Source of the DNA: Gammaproteobacteria bacterium
Lineage (GTDB): Bacteria; Pseudomonadota; Gammaproteobacteria; CBDBNL01; JAAOII01
Assembly (NCBI GenBank): GCA_965209035.1
Contig: OZ242372.1
Location: forward strand, 1,856,001-1,920,000
Length of the DNA: 64,000 bases
Direction: 5' to 3'
Shown: positions 40,412 through 50,333 of the stretch, in pieces
How the letters are laid out: every line of letters starts with the position of its first letter
How positions within the stretch are numbered: the first letter of the stretch is position 1
The notes under the pieces: generated by a model
Told to the model about the DNA's origin: nothing
Seen by the model: only the letters and a program-made list of their open reading frames with translations
Databases searched by the model: none
Program-made: the position numbers and the translations under genes

Positions 40412-41185
40412 ATGACTTTTACACAAATTTTTGCTTTTATTCCGCATATCTCACAGGATCAATGGGTTGCCTTATTGATCGTTTTATTGGTGATGGTAGC
40501 TTGGTATATGAGGGGTGTTTATGAAAAATGGAAAAATGCGCCAAAGGATATCAAGCAATTACAGGGGCAATGGCAATCTGTGTCAACGGATGTTAAGCGA
40601 TTGGATGGACAATTGGCATCCGTATCAACGGATGTCAAGCGGTTGGATGGACAATTGCAATCTGTGTCGGCGAATGTCAAGGGATTGGAAAAAAGGTGGG
40701 ACAGAGACATACCCGTCTTACGGCACCAAATAAGCGCGATAATGGCCGCGTTATCATTATCGACTAAGAGTCCTTTATTGTGGGGCAAAAGTCCTCTCGG
40801 TCTTTCAGATGAGGGTGAAGAGGTTGCCAAAAAAATAAATGCCGATAAAGTCATAAATGATCATTGGGATAACTTATGCAAGTTAGTCTATGAGAGGAAT
40901 CCGACAGACGCTTATGAAATTCAACAAGCATGTTTTTTCGTTACAAGCAGCCATATGCCTTCTGTCCTTACAAAAGAAGAACTTCATAAGGTGAGAGAAG
41001 TGGCGTTCCAACAAGGAAGATCCTTGGAACTGATCCTAAATGTTTTTGCTATTTTGTTGCGGGATAAACTCTTAAAAGAAAAAGGGCTTGCCGGGGCTTA
41101 TCTTGATAAGATTGATAAGGAGAAAAACAAAAAACAAACAAACCCGAAAAAGCGTCTTAATAAAACCAAAACCAAACCAAAATAG
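40412..41185 (+). CDS. Hypothetical membrane-anchored protein with 14-aa coiled-coil repeats
   Basis: Single transmembrane helix, three to four 42-bp repeats (DVKRLDGQL.SVST), Lys-rich tail; ATG at 40412. Confidence 0.65.
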   Translation: MTFTQIFAFIPHISQDQWVALLIVLLVMVAWYMRGVYEKWKNAPKDIKQLQGQWQSVSTDVKRLDGQLASVSTDVKRLDGQLQSVSANVKGLEKRWDRDIPVLRHQISAIMAALSLSTKSPLLWGKSPLGLSDEGEEVAKKINADKVINDHWDNLCKLVYERNPTDAYEIQQACFFVTSSHMPSVLTKEELHKVREVAFQQGRSLELILNVFAILLRDKLLKEKGLAGAYLDKIDKEKNKKQTNPKKRLNKTKTKPK

Positions 41186-41226
41186 TCGGCCGGCAAGTCG
41201 GCCGGATACTTGGCGACTAAGAACTT

Positions 41227-42339
41227 TTATTCCAATTCCAAGTCGGAAAGTGGCAGACTGCAACAGGGCAGAATGTACCCTTGATCTACTTCGGATTGTC
41301 GAATGCCGCCCTGATGATTCATGTCCGCCTTGCCGGATAGCATGCGGGTTTTACAGGTTCCGCAGATTCCCTGAGTGCAGCCAAACGGGAGAGGCAGACC
41401 GGATTCTCGGCCGGCGGTTAGAACAGTTGTGTTTGCCGGGCAGTCTACAGTTTTGTTGAACTTCTTAAAAACCACCTTGTATATTTTTACTCCTTCTTGA
41501 GCGGCCTGCTGTTTGAAAGGTTCTTCCGCCTGAGCGGGGGCATCGGCTTCAAGCGTTTCAAAGGTAAAACTTTCTTGGTGATAATGCCGCATATCATAGT
41601 TGAGATCTTTCAAGATTTTGCGAGCATTATCCATATAGGGCTTGGGACCGCAGCAAAATACTTCCCGTTCGCAAAGATCCGGGACACAGCGCGAGAGTGC
41701 TGCCGGGCTTAAGAAGCCGATCTCACCGTCCCACTTTTGACCGGTCGGAGCACAGTCACAAAACAGGCGGGTTTGAAAGGACGGCAGACTCAATTCCATC
41801 ATTTCCAATTCTTTGGCAAAGATGATATCTGCCGGTGTGCGCGCGCTGTGACTAAACACAAGATCTCGGTTGTGTCGCAGATCCAACAGATAGCGACTCA
41901 TGGACATCAGAGGTGTTATACCGCTGCCGCCGGAAAGAAAGAGAAGTTTGTCGCGACAAGAATAATCCAAAAAAGTGAACTTGCCGCCGGGTGCCGTGGC
42001 GTTGATGACCTTGCCCGGCTCCAGCCAGTCATGCAAATGGTTGGAAATGATACCGCCGGGAACGCGTTTTACCGTGATTGAAATAAGATAAGGACGCGTC
42101 GGTGTGGCGGAAATCGTGTAGGTGCGGGCGATTGTTTTGTCTTCAACGGGAACTTCCAGGGTGATGAACTGTCCCGGCTTGTAAGAAAAAATACTGTCCG
42201 TGCCGCCGGTAAAAAAGAACGACTTGACATCATGAGTTTCCTGCCGGGTATCACAACATAGCAAGGGAGTTTCTCCTTGCCAGATGGTTGCATTGCGTCC
42301 GTCAGACGCTAACGGAGATGGTTTGGACAGTTTAGACAT
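41227..42339 (-). CDS. gbcB: Glycine betaine monooxygenase reductase subunit (FAD/NAD plus 2Fe-2S)
   Basis: PGQF, RTYTIS, SGGSGITPLMSM, CGP, CTQGICGTC...C; adjacent to the Rieske oxygenase. Confidence 0.85.
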   Translation of the reverse strand: MSKLSKPSPLASDGRNATIWQGETPLLCCDTRQETHDVKSFFFTGGTDSIFSYKPGQFITLEVPVEDKTIARTYTISATPTRPYLISITVKRVPGGIISNHLHDWLEPGKVINATAPGGKFTFLDYSCRDKLLFLSGGSGITPLMSMSRYLLDLRHNRDLVFSHSARTPADIIFAKELEMMELSLPSFQTRLFCDCAPTGQKWDGEIGFLSPAALSRCVPDLCEREVFCCGPKPYMDNARKILKDLNYDMRHYHQESFTFETLEADAPAQAEEPFKQQAAQEGVKIYKVVFKKFNKTVDCPANTTVLTAGRESGLPLPFGCTQGICGTCKTRMLSGKADMNHQGGIRQSEVDQGYILPCCSLPLSDLELE

Positions 42340-42445
42340 TGGGGCTTTGGGCATGTGGGCATTTAGGCATGTGGGCATTTAGGCATGCGGAGTTCAATTA
42401 CAATAACAGGTTTGGGTTTGAAACAGAACGGTCAGAGGCAAAACA

Positions 42446-43717
42446 TCAAGGAGCCATAGCCGCCGTTTTTTTCATTTCATCGACATACCAGGAGACGAAA
42501 TGATCTACGAACACTTCGGCGGGCGAATAGGGTCCCGGGCGGTAGCCGGCGGAGAGAATTCCCCGGTAGTTCCGCTCCGCCAATCGGCGATCCTGATCAT
42601 TGGTTTGAGTCCAGCAGTGGGCCAGATGCTTAATGTCATAATCTTTTCCTTCCTCGGCATTTTCATCCACCAGCCATTTGGTGCGGACCAGTGTTTTGTC
42701 CTTGGACAAAGGTATCACCTTGAAGGTGGTGATGTGATCGCACATAAAGTGATGCCACGAGTTCGGGTAGGTCCATACGGACAGACTGCTACTTTCCGCG
42801 GCTTTGAAGGGAGCGAGCAATTTCTTGCACCCCAGTCGTCCGTCCGTGGTATGAGAAACTGCATTGTGTGCCAGCGGCAGGCGGGCTGCGCGAAACCACA
42901 GGTCGTCCGGAAATTCTACCGCTTTGTATGGCAGACCGACCGCCTCCCATTCCTTGCACTTGGCATCAAACAGCTTGTTAAACTCCTTGTCTTCGGCACA
43001 AACCTTTCCTTGATCATCCGGCAAGCCGTAGCCGAAACCATAGTCATACAAAGGTACCATTAATTCCGGGTGATTGCTGTTGCAATGGTAGCATTCGCGG
43101 TTGTTTTCCATTACCAATTTCCAATTTGTATTTTCCACGAGATCCGAGGTAAAGGCAACTTTGGTGTTCTCCATCCGATAGATGTCCAGATACTTGGACA
43201 GAATCTCTTTGACGCGCTTAATGGAATTCGGCGGAGATTCGCTCAGGCAGACAAAGAGAAGCCCGCCGATATTCTCCAATGCAATCTCTTTGAGACGATA
43301 CTTGGATGCGTCAAAATCCGGTGGCATTTGCGGTGCGTACAAGAGTTTTCCGTCCAGGTCGTAGGTCCATTGGTGATAAGGACAAACGATTTTTGCAAAC
43401 TGCCCGTTCACCGCATCGCATAGTTTGGAGCCGCGGTGACAGCAGGTGTTGTAAAAGGCGCGAATGTGCCCGGCATCGTCTTTGATGATGATGATAGGAT
43501 TTTCGGACAAATTGAAACTATAGTATGAGCCCGGTTCTCTAATATCGGCAACACAGGCAACATATACCCAGTTTTCGCGAAAGACAGATTCCATATCCAC
43601 ATCAAACATTTCGGGTTCGGTGTAGAAGGGAGAGGGCAAACTGTGGTTTTTTTGGTATTCGCCAAGCAAGCCGGTGAGTTGCCCGTTTAATTTTTGTGCG
43701 TGTTTTAAATGTTTCAT
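42446..43717 (-). CDS. gbcA: Rieske oxygenase alpha subunit, glycine betaine demethylase type
   Basis: C.HRG...CPYHQWTY Rieske motif, NWKL..ENNRECYHC...HPEL, TNDQD; betaine-catabolism context. Confidence 0.85.
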   Translation of the reverse strand: MKHLKHAQKLNGQLTGLLGEYQKNHSLPSPFYTEPEMFDVDMESVFRENWVYVACVADIREPGSYYSFNLSENPIIIIKDDAGHIRAFYNTCCHRGSKLCDAVNGQFAKIVCPYHQWTYDLDGKLLYAPQMPPDFDASKYRLKEIALENIGGLLFVCLSESPPNSIKRVKEILSKYLDIYRMENTKVAFTSDLVENTNWKLVMENNRECYHCNSNHPELMVPLYDYGFGYGLPDDQGKVCAEDKEFNKLFDAKCKEWEAVGLPYKAVEFPDDLWFRAARLPLAHNAVSHTTDGRLGCKKLLAPFKAAESSSLSVWTYPNSWHHFMCDHITTFKVIPLSKDKTLVRTKWLVDENAEEGKDYDIKHLAHCWTQTNDQDRRLAERNYRGILSAGYRPGPYSPAEVFVDHFVSWYVDEMKKTAAMAP

Positions 43718-43730
43718 AATGTTAGATACC

Positions 43731-44564
43731 TCATTTATTATTGTGATGATTATTGTGATCGGAAGTACAAACCTTCCGTTCTTTTAATATATTATAGACA
43801 AACTGTGCTTTTGCGCGAGCGTCCCCTTCTTTAAGAATATTCCCGCCGCCGGTCTGCAGAGAGATTGCACGTTGCATACGCTCAAACCCGCTGCGGTTGG
43901 AACGGACGGATAACCTGGCGCGCTTCTTTTGGGCGGGCGCATAATGCCAATTCGCCGACAGAGGCGAATTGAAAGAGGCGGAGTCAGCGGTGCGGGTGCC
44001 GGTGGGGTTGGAGTTATTAAAAGAAACTTCCCGAATCTCACCTTTGTGTTGCCTTGCCCAAACATATTGAATTTTTTGGAATGCCCGGGGATGCACTGTA
44101 ACAAACAGAGGCGGTGCCACCGTAAAGTCTCTGCGCCGACCTTTGGGCAGATATTGAGAGCAGTGCAGTTTGCCTGCTGATTCCTTAATGGAAACGATGC
44201 CGGAAATGAGCGGATAGCCCAACCTTTCCGCCAGCATGTAGGGCAGGAGACCACTGCCTATGCCGCCAAGGGCCCGCATCCCGGCAACTACAAGCGCCGG
44301 TTTGTTTTTGGAAAGGTATTCCGCAAGAGAATGGACAGTCTCGTCCGTTTTTTCGGTCTTGATGACATCAAGCGCCGGGATGCCATAACCAAGATATGTG
44401 TGCAAAGCGGGATGCCCGGGGGCGCCGACATGCAGCGCGGAAAAATCCGGGAATGCCTCGGTCACCAAAGACAGAGCGCGCAGATCGTTGGGCGAACAAA
44501 TTTCCTTGCCGGACAAGGGGTGTTTTGCCAGGCTGAGCAGGACCAAAGGTTTGACAGGGTTCAT
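43731..44564 (-). CDS. etfB: Electron transfer flavoprotein beta-like subunit
   Basis: HP.SG....S.ND.RAL, YLGYG, G.GSG.LPY.LAE.LG; follows etfA in the dgc operon. Confidence 0.8.
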   Translation of the reverse strand: MNPVKPLVLLSLAKHPLSGKEICSPNDLRALSLVTEAFPDFSALHVGAPGHPALHTYLGYGIPALDVIKTEKTDETVHSLAEYLSKNKPALVVAGMRALGGIGSGLLPYMLAERLGYPLISGIVSIKESAGKLHCSQYLPKGRRRDFTVAPPLFVTVHPRAFQKIQYVWARQHKGEIREVSFNNSNPTGTRTADSASFNSPLSANWHYAPAQKKRARLSVRSNRSGFERMQRAISLQTGGGNILKEGDARAKAQFVYNILKERKVCTSDHNNHHNNK

Positions 44565-45700
44565 GCCACTTGTTTCTTGTGATGGGTTTCGCCGATCAAC
44601 TCAAGCATGGCATCCATCCATTCGCCGGCGTCACAAATGACAGCCAGATCCGCTCGTTTGACCATATCGCAACTGTCATCCGTATTGACCGCCACAACAT
44701 AGCGACAGTCTTTTATTCCTTGCAGATGCTGGACGGCACCGGAGATACCGACCGCGATGTAAACCCCCGCATTGACGGTGCTACCTGTGGCACCCACCTG
44801 ACAGGAACGCGGTAACTTGCCGTCATCTACCACAACCCGACTGCCACCGACCGATGCTTGCATCGCTTTGGACAATCGTAAAAACTTGTCAAAATCTTTA
44901 ATGCCGTTACCGCCGGCAAGAATGAAATTGGCTTCTTCCAAAGGCACCTCCGCGGCGGACAGGGTACGCATGCTCCCGGTGATACCGGCGGCGGGCGTTG
45001 CCGAGTTTGCCACCGTATCACTGTCGGCGGTTGCCAGCGGTTTGGCTTCGGTTTCAAAATCAAAATCCGTTTCCGCGGTCCCGCTGTTTAGAACCAAGAT
45101 GTCGGTGAGTTTGTGCGTGCCTTCCTGCCAACCGTTATCACAAAAACGCCGAACCGTTTCATCGTCCAGTTCAATGACACCCGGCGCGATACTCATTTGG
45201 GTGCGCACCGCCAAGCGGCGAGCGAGATCGCTGTCCCCTGCGTCGCTTTCGCCGAACAGGATATGTTCCGGTTTTATTTTTTTTATTAACTTTTCCAATT
45301 GGTCGATCTTTTCCTCCGGCGCATAGCCGTCGTACTTGTCTTCGTCCAAGCAAAGTACTCTGTCGGCGCCGTAATTTTTTAAGTCCGCCGCGATCTTGCC
45401 AAAGATAACCGCCGCCACCGCCGTATCCTGTGTGCGCCCCGCCAAGACACGACCGACATAAAGGACTTCGCGATCCAGATTGGAGAGGACACCATCCCGG
45501 CTGTGTAAGCAAACCAGGATATATTGTTTTGGCTCCCGAATAACGATTGTGGGTTTGTGTTCTTTCCGGGCGTGAGAAGACAGCGGGGCGGATGCATTTT
45601 GTGCGGTACGGCTTTTGCCGCGGGCAATGCGTTTGCGACCGCTTGAGCCGAGAAACCCCTTGTTTTCGGCGTGCGGATCCGGGCGTCTGAGGCGTTTCAC
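44561..45700 (-). CDS. etfA: Electron transfer flavoprotein alpha subunit
   Basis: LEEA.FI..GGNG, G.SRVVVD.G, QVGATG, YIAVGISGAVQHLQGI. Confidence 0.92.
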   Translation of the reverse strand: MKRLRRPDPHAENKGFLGSSGRKRIARGKSRTAQNASAPLSSHARKEHKPTIVIREPKQYILVCLHSRDGVLSNLDREVLYVGRVLAGRTQDTAVAAVIFGKIAADLKNYGADRVLCLDEDKYDGYAPEEKIDQLEKLIKKIKPEHILFGESDAGDSDLARRLAVRTQMSIAPGVIELDDETVRRFCDNGWQEGTHKLTDILVLNSGTAETDFDFETEAKPLATADSDTVANSATPAAGITGSMRTLSAAEVPLEEANFILAGGNGIKDFDKFLRLSKAMQASVGGSRVVVDDGKLPRSCQVGATGSTVNAGVYIAVGISGAVQHLQGIKDCRYVVAVNTDDSCDMVKRADLAVICDAGEWMDAMLELIGETHHKKQVA

Positions 45701-47622
45701 AGGCTAACCGCGCGTGCGGTAACTTCCGCGATGTCGGCAACTTCCGGACCGGGTTCTGTGACACCGTCTAACATAGTCATACAATTCGGGCAGGAAACAA
45801 CCAGTGTTTCCGCTCCCGTGCGTCTGGCATCTTCCATGCGCATGTCCGGTATCCTGCGTTTGCCCGGAATGTCCGAAAAGGCGGCACCGCCTCCCCAGCC
45901 GCAACAGCGCGAACGCATGCCGGAGCGTTCCATCTCGGTTGCATCCGTAACGATCTTTTGCAGTAGTTTGCGCGGCGCATCCGTAATACCGTTATATCGT
46001 CCCAGATAACAAGGGTCATGGTAGGTGTACTTTTTGTCGGAAATTTTTTCCCGAACGGTGAGTTTGTTTTCTTCCAGCAGTTGCAGTAGAAATTCGGTGT
46101 GATGATAAACATCATAATGACCGCCATATTGGGAATACTCGTTTTTCAGAGAGTGGTATACATGCGGATCCGCGGTCAAAATTTTCTTGAATTGATAAGA
46201 AGCAAGCAGTCGTATGTTCTTGCGGACCATTTTTTCAAACAAAGATTCTTCGCCAACTCTGCGGGCGAAATCGCCGATATCCGCTTCGCGCAGATCCGGT
46301 ATGGCGAATTCTGTGCCCGCTTTTTGCAGCAACTGCGCCACAAGTCTTAGCGTCTTTTGATGTCTTAATTCAAAAGCGGCTTCGCCCGGCCAGAATAAAA
46401 CTTCCGTTTCTTCGCCGTCCTGCAACACCCGCACTCCGAGATCCAAAGCCCAGTTGGCTCGCTGTTTGGGGTCATGTCCGCCGAGGTTTTCCGTGTGTCG
46501 CAGGTTTTCCAATACCTCAAAAGTTTTTTCGGGGATATTGCCGCGGCGCATTGTCAGATCACGGCGAATGTCTGTGATGGCATCCACATGTTCAATCATC
46601 ATCGGACATTCCCGGACACAGGCGCGACAACCGGTGCAAGACCAAATGGTATCCTCTTCCACAAGTTCGGAGACGATGGGGCTGTCCGCGTTGCCGCCGT
46701 GCTGTCCGAGGGCGATGCCCGGTGTCGGACTGCCCGCATAGGAGAGGTCATTGCGGTTCTCCATGCCGGCAACAAAATCTTGAATCAATTTTTTGGGGTT
46801 GAGCGGTTGTTCGGCCGCAAAGGCCGGACAGGCTTCCTCGCATTTTCCGCATTCCACACATGCGTCAAAACTGAGCAAGCGATTCCACTCGAAATCTCGG
46901 AGTGTTTGGACACCCGGGCTCTTGTCTTGGTCGGTCGGCCATTGCACCGGTTTCAGGGAGGCGGATAAAAATCCCTTTTTCTTAAATCTGTCTTGGCGCG
47001 GATGAAATGCCAGATGCAAGGAACCGGAAAGGAGATGCTTAAAAGGACGATTGAGCAAACTCCCGCCGGCAATTTCCAAAATACCCAACGCGGCAAGAAG
47101 AGACAACAGAATCGGAGTGAGTGGGTGCAGATTGTCGGTCGCAATATAGCCGGCATGAATGAGTGTTAAGCCGCCGAAACCCATGGCAAAAGAGAGGAGG
47201 GCAATTGGGACGCCGTTCCATTTGCCGCGCGACAACCGGGATGGCTTGCCGGCTCGCCGCTTCCACACAAAGACACCGCCGATGAGGGCGGACAGCAGGG
47301 CAATAAAAAAACAGGCATAAACAATTTGGGAATTCATACCGAATACATACAGAGGGATCATCAAGATGATCGATGCCACCACTCCGCCGGCTGCGGCTAC
47401 ATGTGTATGGGCGATATAGGGATCGCGCATCACAATGTGGTGCAGGTCAACCAGATACCGTTTGGGAATTCTTAACAGAAGTTTCCACTCCGGTTTGGGT
47501 TCCGGTCGCCCGAGTCGCCACAATCGGACGCGCTTTAGAATCCCGGCCGCAAAACCAAGCACTGCCAAGGCAAGCAGCAGGGCGGGCAGATAGGGCAGAT
47601 ATTGTGTTAGAAATCCTTGCAT
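45697..47622 (-). CDS. dgcB: Dimethylglycine demethylation protein DgcB (membrane Fe-S oxidoreductase)
   Basis: N-terminal transmembrane helices, two 4Fe-4S motifs (CVECGKCEEACP, CTGCRACVRECP), CCG domains. ATG at 47622 overlaps the dgcA stop. Confidence 0.88.
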   Translation of the reverse strand: MQGFLTQYLPYLPALLLALAVLGFAAGILKRVRLWRLGRPEPKPEWKLLLRIPKRYLVDLHHIVMRDPYIAHTHVAAAGGVVASIILMIPLYVFGMNSQIVYACFFIALLSALIGGVFVWKRRAGKPSRLSRGKWNGVPIALLSFAMGFGGLTLIHAGYIATDNLHPLTPILLSLLAALGILEIAGGSLLNRPFKHLLSGSLHLAFHPRQDRFKKKGFLSASLKPVQWPTDQDKSPGVQTLRDFEWNRLLSFDACVECGKCEEACPAFAAEQPLNPKKLIQDFVAGMENRNDLSYAGSPTPGIALGQHGGNADSPIVSELVEEDTIWSCTGCRACVRECPMMIEHVDAITDIRRDLTMRRGNIPEKTFEVLENLRHTENLGGHDPKQRANWALDLGVRVLQDGEETEVLFWPGEAAFELRHQKTLRLVAQLLQKAGTEFAIPDLREADIGDFARRVGEESLFEKMVRKNIRLLASYQFKKILTADPHVYHSLKNEYSQYGGHYDVYHHTEFLLQLLEENKLTVREKISDKKYTYHDPCYLGRYNGITDAPRKLLQKIVTDATEMERSGMRSRCCGWGGGAAFSDIPGKRRIPDMRMEDARRTGAETLVVSCPNCMTMLDGVTEPGPEVADIAEVTARAVSL

Positions 47623-49664
47623 AGTCTCAACGAATCGTAAAGGGCACCGTGGATGTTGTGCATGGAAATACAATCACCGACACGAAACAACACAAATCCC
47701 TTTTTTGCTCCCGCTTCCAAACATTTTTGCGGTCTGTTGGCATAGAGATCCTCAATGTCGGTAATCCCTTTGTTGTGCGATTCTTCCCGCAGAGCATGGT
47801 AGAGTGTTTCGTTTGGGACAATCCCGTTTTCTATGATCACCTGGTCTGTCTCGCGTTCCTCTTCGGCATCCGTGTATTCGTTTTGTATGACCGCGATGCA
47901 CTTATCTTTTTCTTTGTAAACTTCAATCAGCCAATAGTTGGGCGTGAGAATGACTTGCTGTGCATACAGACGCCGATACATAATCGGAAAAGTCGTTCCG
48001 CCGACATCGTCTGCTACCTTTGTTTCCGGCGTGATTATTTCTACCTGCGCGCCTTTTGCCGCAACAAAGTCTGCCAGCCCGGCACCGGCATGCTGTCCCA
48101 TACCGTCATAAATCAAAACATTTTTTGCCGGCTTCACCTTTCCGTTGAGGATATCCCAAGAAGAGACGGACAAACCTTCCGCATGCCCCCACTTTTTCTC
48201 CGAATGAATATTTTCCAGACCACCTGTTGCCAAAACAACAATATCCGGCTCTTCGGCTTTGATTGCCGAAGCATCGGCTGCTGTGCCGAGGCGAATATCC
48301 GTTCCCAAACGCTTAAGTTCCAAATCATACCAGCGGATAATTCCCGCCATCTGGTCTCTTTGCGGCACCCGCGCCGCCAGGTTCACCTGCCCGCCAATTT
48401 CCTCGTTCTTTTCAAAGAGGATGACCGCGTGTCCCCGCTCGCGGCTGACACGCGCCGCTTCCAGCCCGGCCGGTCCGGCCCCAACCACCAGAATACGCCG
48501 CATCTTTTTGTTGCTTCGGGCGATGATGTGCGGCATGGTTTGTTCGCGCCCGGTGGCGGCATTTTGAACGCAGAGAACATCCAAACCCATATACTGCCGA
48601 TCAATGCAATAGTTTGCCCCCACACATTGTTTGATGCGCGTTTCTTGTCCGTCGCGAATCTTGTTAATCAGATGCGGATCCGCGATCTGCCCTCTGGTCA
48701 TGCCGACCAGATCTACGAGGCCCTGTGCCAGAATCCGCTCCGCTTGTTGCGGGTCTCGCACACCCTGGGCATGCATGACCGGAATATTCACGCGGGAGCG
48801 AATCCCCGCCGCCAGATGCAAGAAGGGTTCGGGCGGCAGAGCCATGGGAGGCATGCAGTTCGCCAGGGTGTTATGTGTGTCCGCGCCGGAGCCGACAACA
48901 CTGATGAAGTCAATCATCTTTGTCTCTGCCATTTCTTGAGCGATGTCTTTAAGGGTATCGTGGTCCAAACCGTCCGGATGAAACTCATCGCCGCACATCC
49001 GCAGGCCCACACAAAAATCGGCGCCCACTTTTTCGCGAATGGCTTCAAATACCTGTTTGCCGAAACGCATCCGTTTTTTTAAGTCGCCGCCGTATTCGTC
49101 CGTGCGCTTATTGCTGCGGGGACTCCAGAATTGATCAATCAGATGTTGATGGGCCGCCGAGATCTCGACGCCATCCATACCGGATTGACGAACACGCTCC
49201 GTAGCATCCGCATAATCCTTAATAATTCTTTTGATCTCGTGTTTTTCGATGGTCTTGCAAAAACCGCGATGGACGGGTTCGCGAATCCCGCTGGGACTGA
49301 CAAGATGCGGCCAGTGGTTGCCGAAGTAATTGGTGCGCCTTCCCATGTGGGTGGCTTGGATCATGATTTTGGCTTTGAACTTATGCATGGCATCGGCCAA
49401 GTTCGCCAAATGGGGAATCACTTCGTCCGTTGCCAGGCGAACGGAACTCCACCATTCCCATGGACTGTCTTTGGAGACCGGGCTGGAGCCGCCGCAGATA
49501 GCAAGCGACAAGCCGCCTTTGGCTTTTTCTTCGTAATATTTGATATAACGCTCTTTGGGAAATCCGTTTTCTGCATAGACTTCCGCATGTGCGGTGCTGA
49601 TGATACGATTTGTAATCGTTACTTTGTTGAGAGTGATTGGAGTGAAAATGTGTTTGTAAGACAT
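47607..49664 (-). CDS. dgcA: Dimethylglycine demethylation protein DgcA (old-yellow-enzyme flavoprotein)
   Basis: NR..STAHAEVYA, QATHMGRR, AAHQHLIDQFWSP..N.RTDEYGG, CVGANYCIDR, GAGPAG. Confidence 0.92.
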   Translation of the reverse strand: MSYKHIFTPITLNKVTITNRIISTAHAEVYAENGFPKERYIKYYEEKAKGGLSLAICGGSSPVSKDSPWEWWSSVRLATDEVIPHLANLADAMHKFKAKIMIQATHMGRRTNYFGNHWPHLVSPSGIREPVHRGFCKTIEKHEIKRIIKDYADATERVRQSGMDGVEISAAHQHLIDQFWSPRSNKRTDEYGGDLKKRMRFGKQVFEAIREKVGADFCVGLRMCGDEFHPDGLDHDTLKDIAQEMAETKMIDFISVVGSGADTHNTLANCMPPMALPPEPFLHLAAGIRSRVNIPVMHAQGVRDPQQAERILAQGLVDLVGMTRGQIADPHLINKIRDGQETRIKQCVGANYCIDRQYMGLDVLCVQNAATGREQTMPHIIARSNKKMRRILVVGAGPAGLEAARVSRERGHAVILFEKNEEIGGQVNLAARVPQRDQMAGIIRWYDLELKRLGTDIRLGTAADASAIKAEEPDIVVLATGGLENIHSEKKWGHAEGLSVSSWDILNGKVKPAKNVLIYDGMGQHAGAGLADFVAAKGAQVEIITPETKVADDVGGTTFPIMYRRLYAQQVILTPNYWLIEVYKEKDKCIAVIQNEYTDAEEERETDQVIIENGIVPNETLYHALREESHNKGITDIEDLYANRPQKCLEAGAKKGFVLFRVGDCISMHNIHGALYDSLRLCKDF

Positions 49665-49676
49665 GGCTGTGTGTGG

Positions 49677-50333
49677 CTATGTGTGACCTATTTCGTATAA
49701 ACAAAAATCTTTTTCCGGTGCCGCGTCTTCCGGGGAAACTGTATCCTCACATGCGCTCCCGGAGGCACCCTCAAAGGCACCCCCAAATGCGCCCCCAAAT
49801 GCACAATGCGTCTCCCGGCATTGAAAGGCACGAAAATCATCCGGTTTATCGTCCTGTTCCGCCACCCAGTCCGCAGCCCCGGCAAACCAGCCGGCAAACA
49901 TATAGCAAAGCGTCTTGCCTTCGCTGCTTTTTTTGCCCGGTTCGGGAAACTTGCGCGCATGCAAAACAAAAGCGGAATAGTCCAAACGAATGACCAAAGG
50001 CGGATTGTGATGGTTATCCCGCCCCGCAACAAAAGAGAAACGCCCCCAACCGCGCAGGGATAGCCTTTGCAGATAATGCCGAAAGACATCCATTCCCTTC
50101 AACCCGTGTTGCCGGGCTTCGTGGGTGCACCATTGATAAGCGGATTTGTAACCGGCTTGCCCCAGAATTTTTTCATATTCTTCTCTGCCAATAATCCGCT
50201 CAATGGCATCGTGGTTATTGACGAAAAAATGCCGCGGGACATACAGCATCGGCAGGCCGTCCGTCTGCCATACGCCCGTCTTGGCGTCAACTTCAATCGG
50301 AAGAGACGGTTTATTCACCCCAGATTTCTTCAA
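49677..50333 (-). CDS. 4VR/DUF5943-type protein of dgc operons
   Basis: PIEVD..TGVW.TD.LPMLYVPRHFFVNNH, RLS.RGWG.F, YMFAGWFAGA. Confidence 0.85.
   Translation of the reverse strand: MKKSGVNKPSLPIEVDAKTGVWQTDGLPMLYVPRHFFVNNHDAIERIIGREEYEKILGQAGYKSAYQWCTHEARQHGLKGMDVFRHYLQRLSLRGWGRFSFVAGRDNHHNPPLVIRLDYSAFVLHARKFPEPGKKSSEGKTLCYMFAGWFAGAADWVAEQDDKPDDFRAFQCRETHCAFGGAFGGAFEGASGSACEDTVSPEDAAPEKDFCLYEIGHT

Noticed and set aside
47649-49082. 477-aa plus-strand ORF
   Set aside because: Entirely antisense to the well-conserved dgcA; no recognisable domain.
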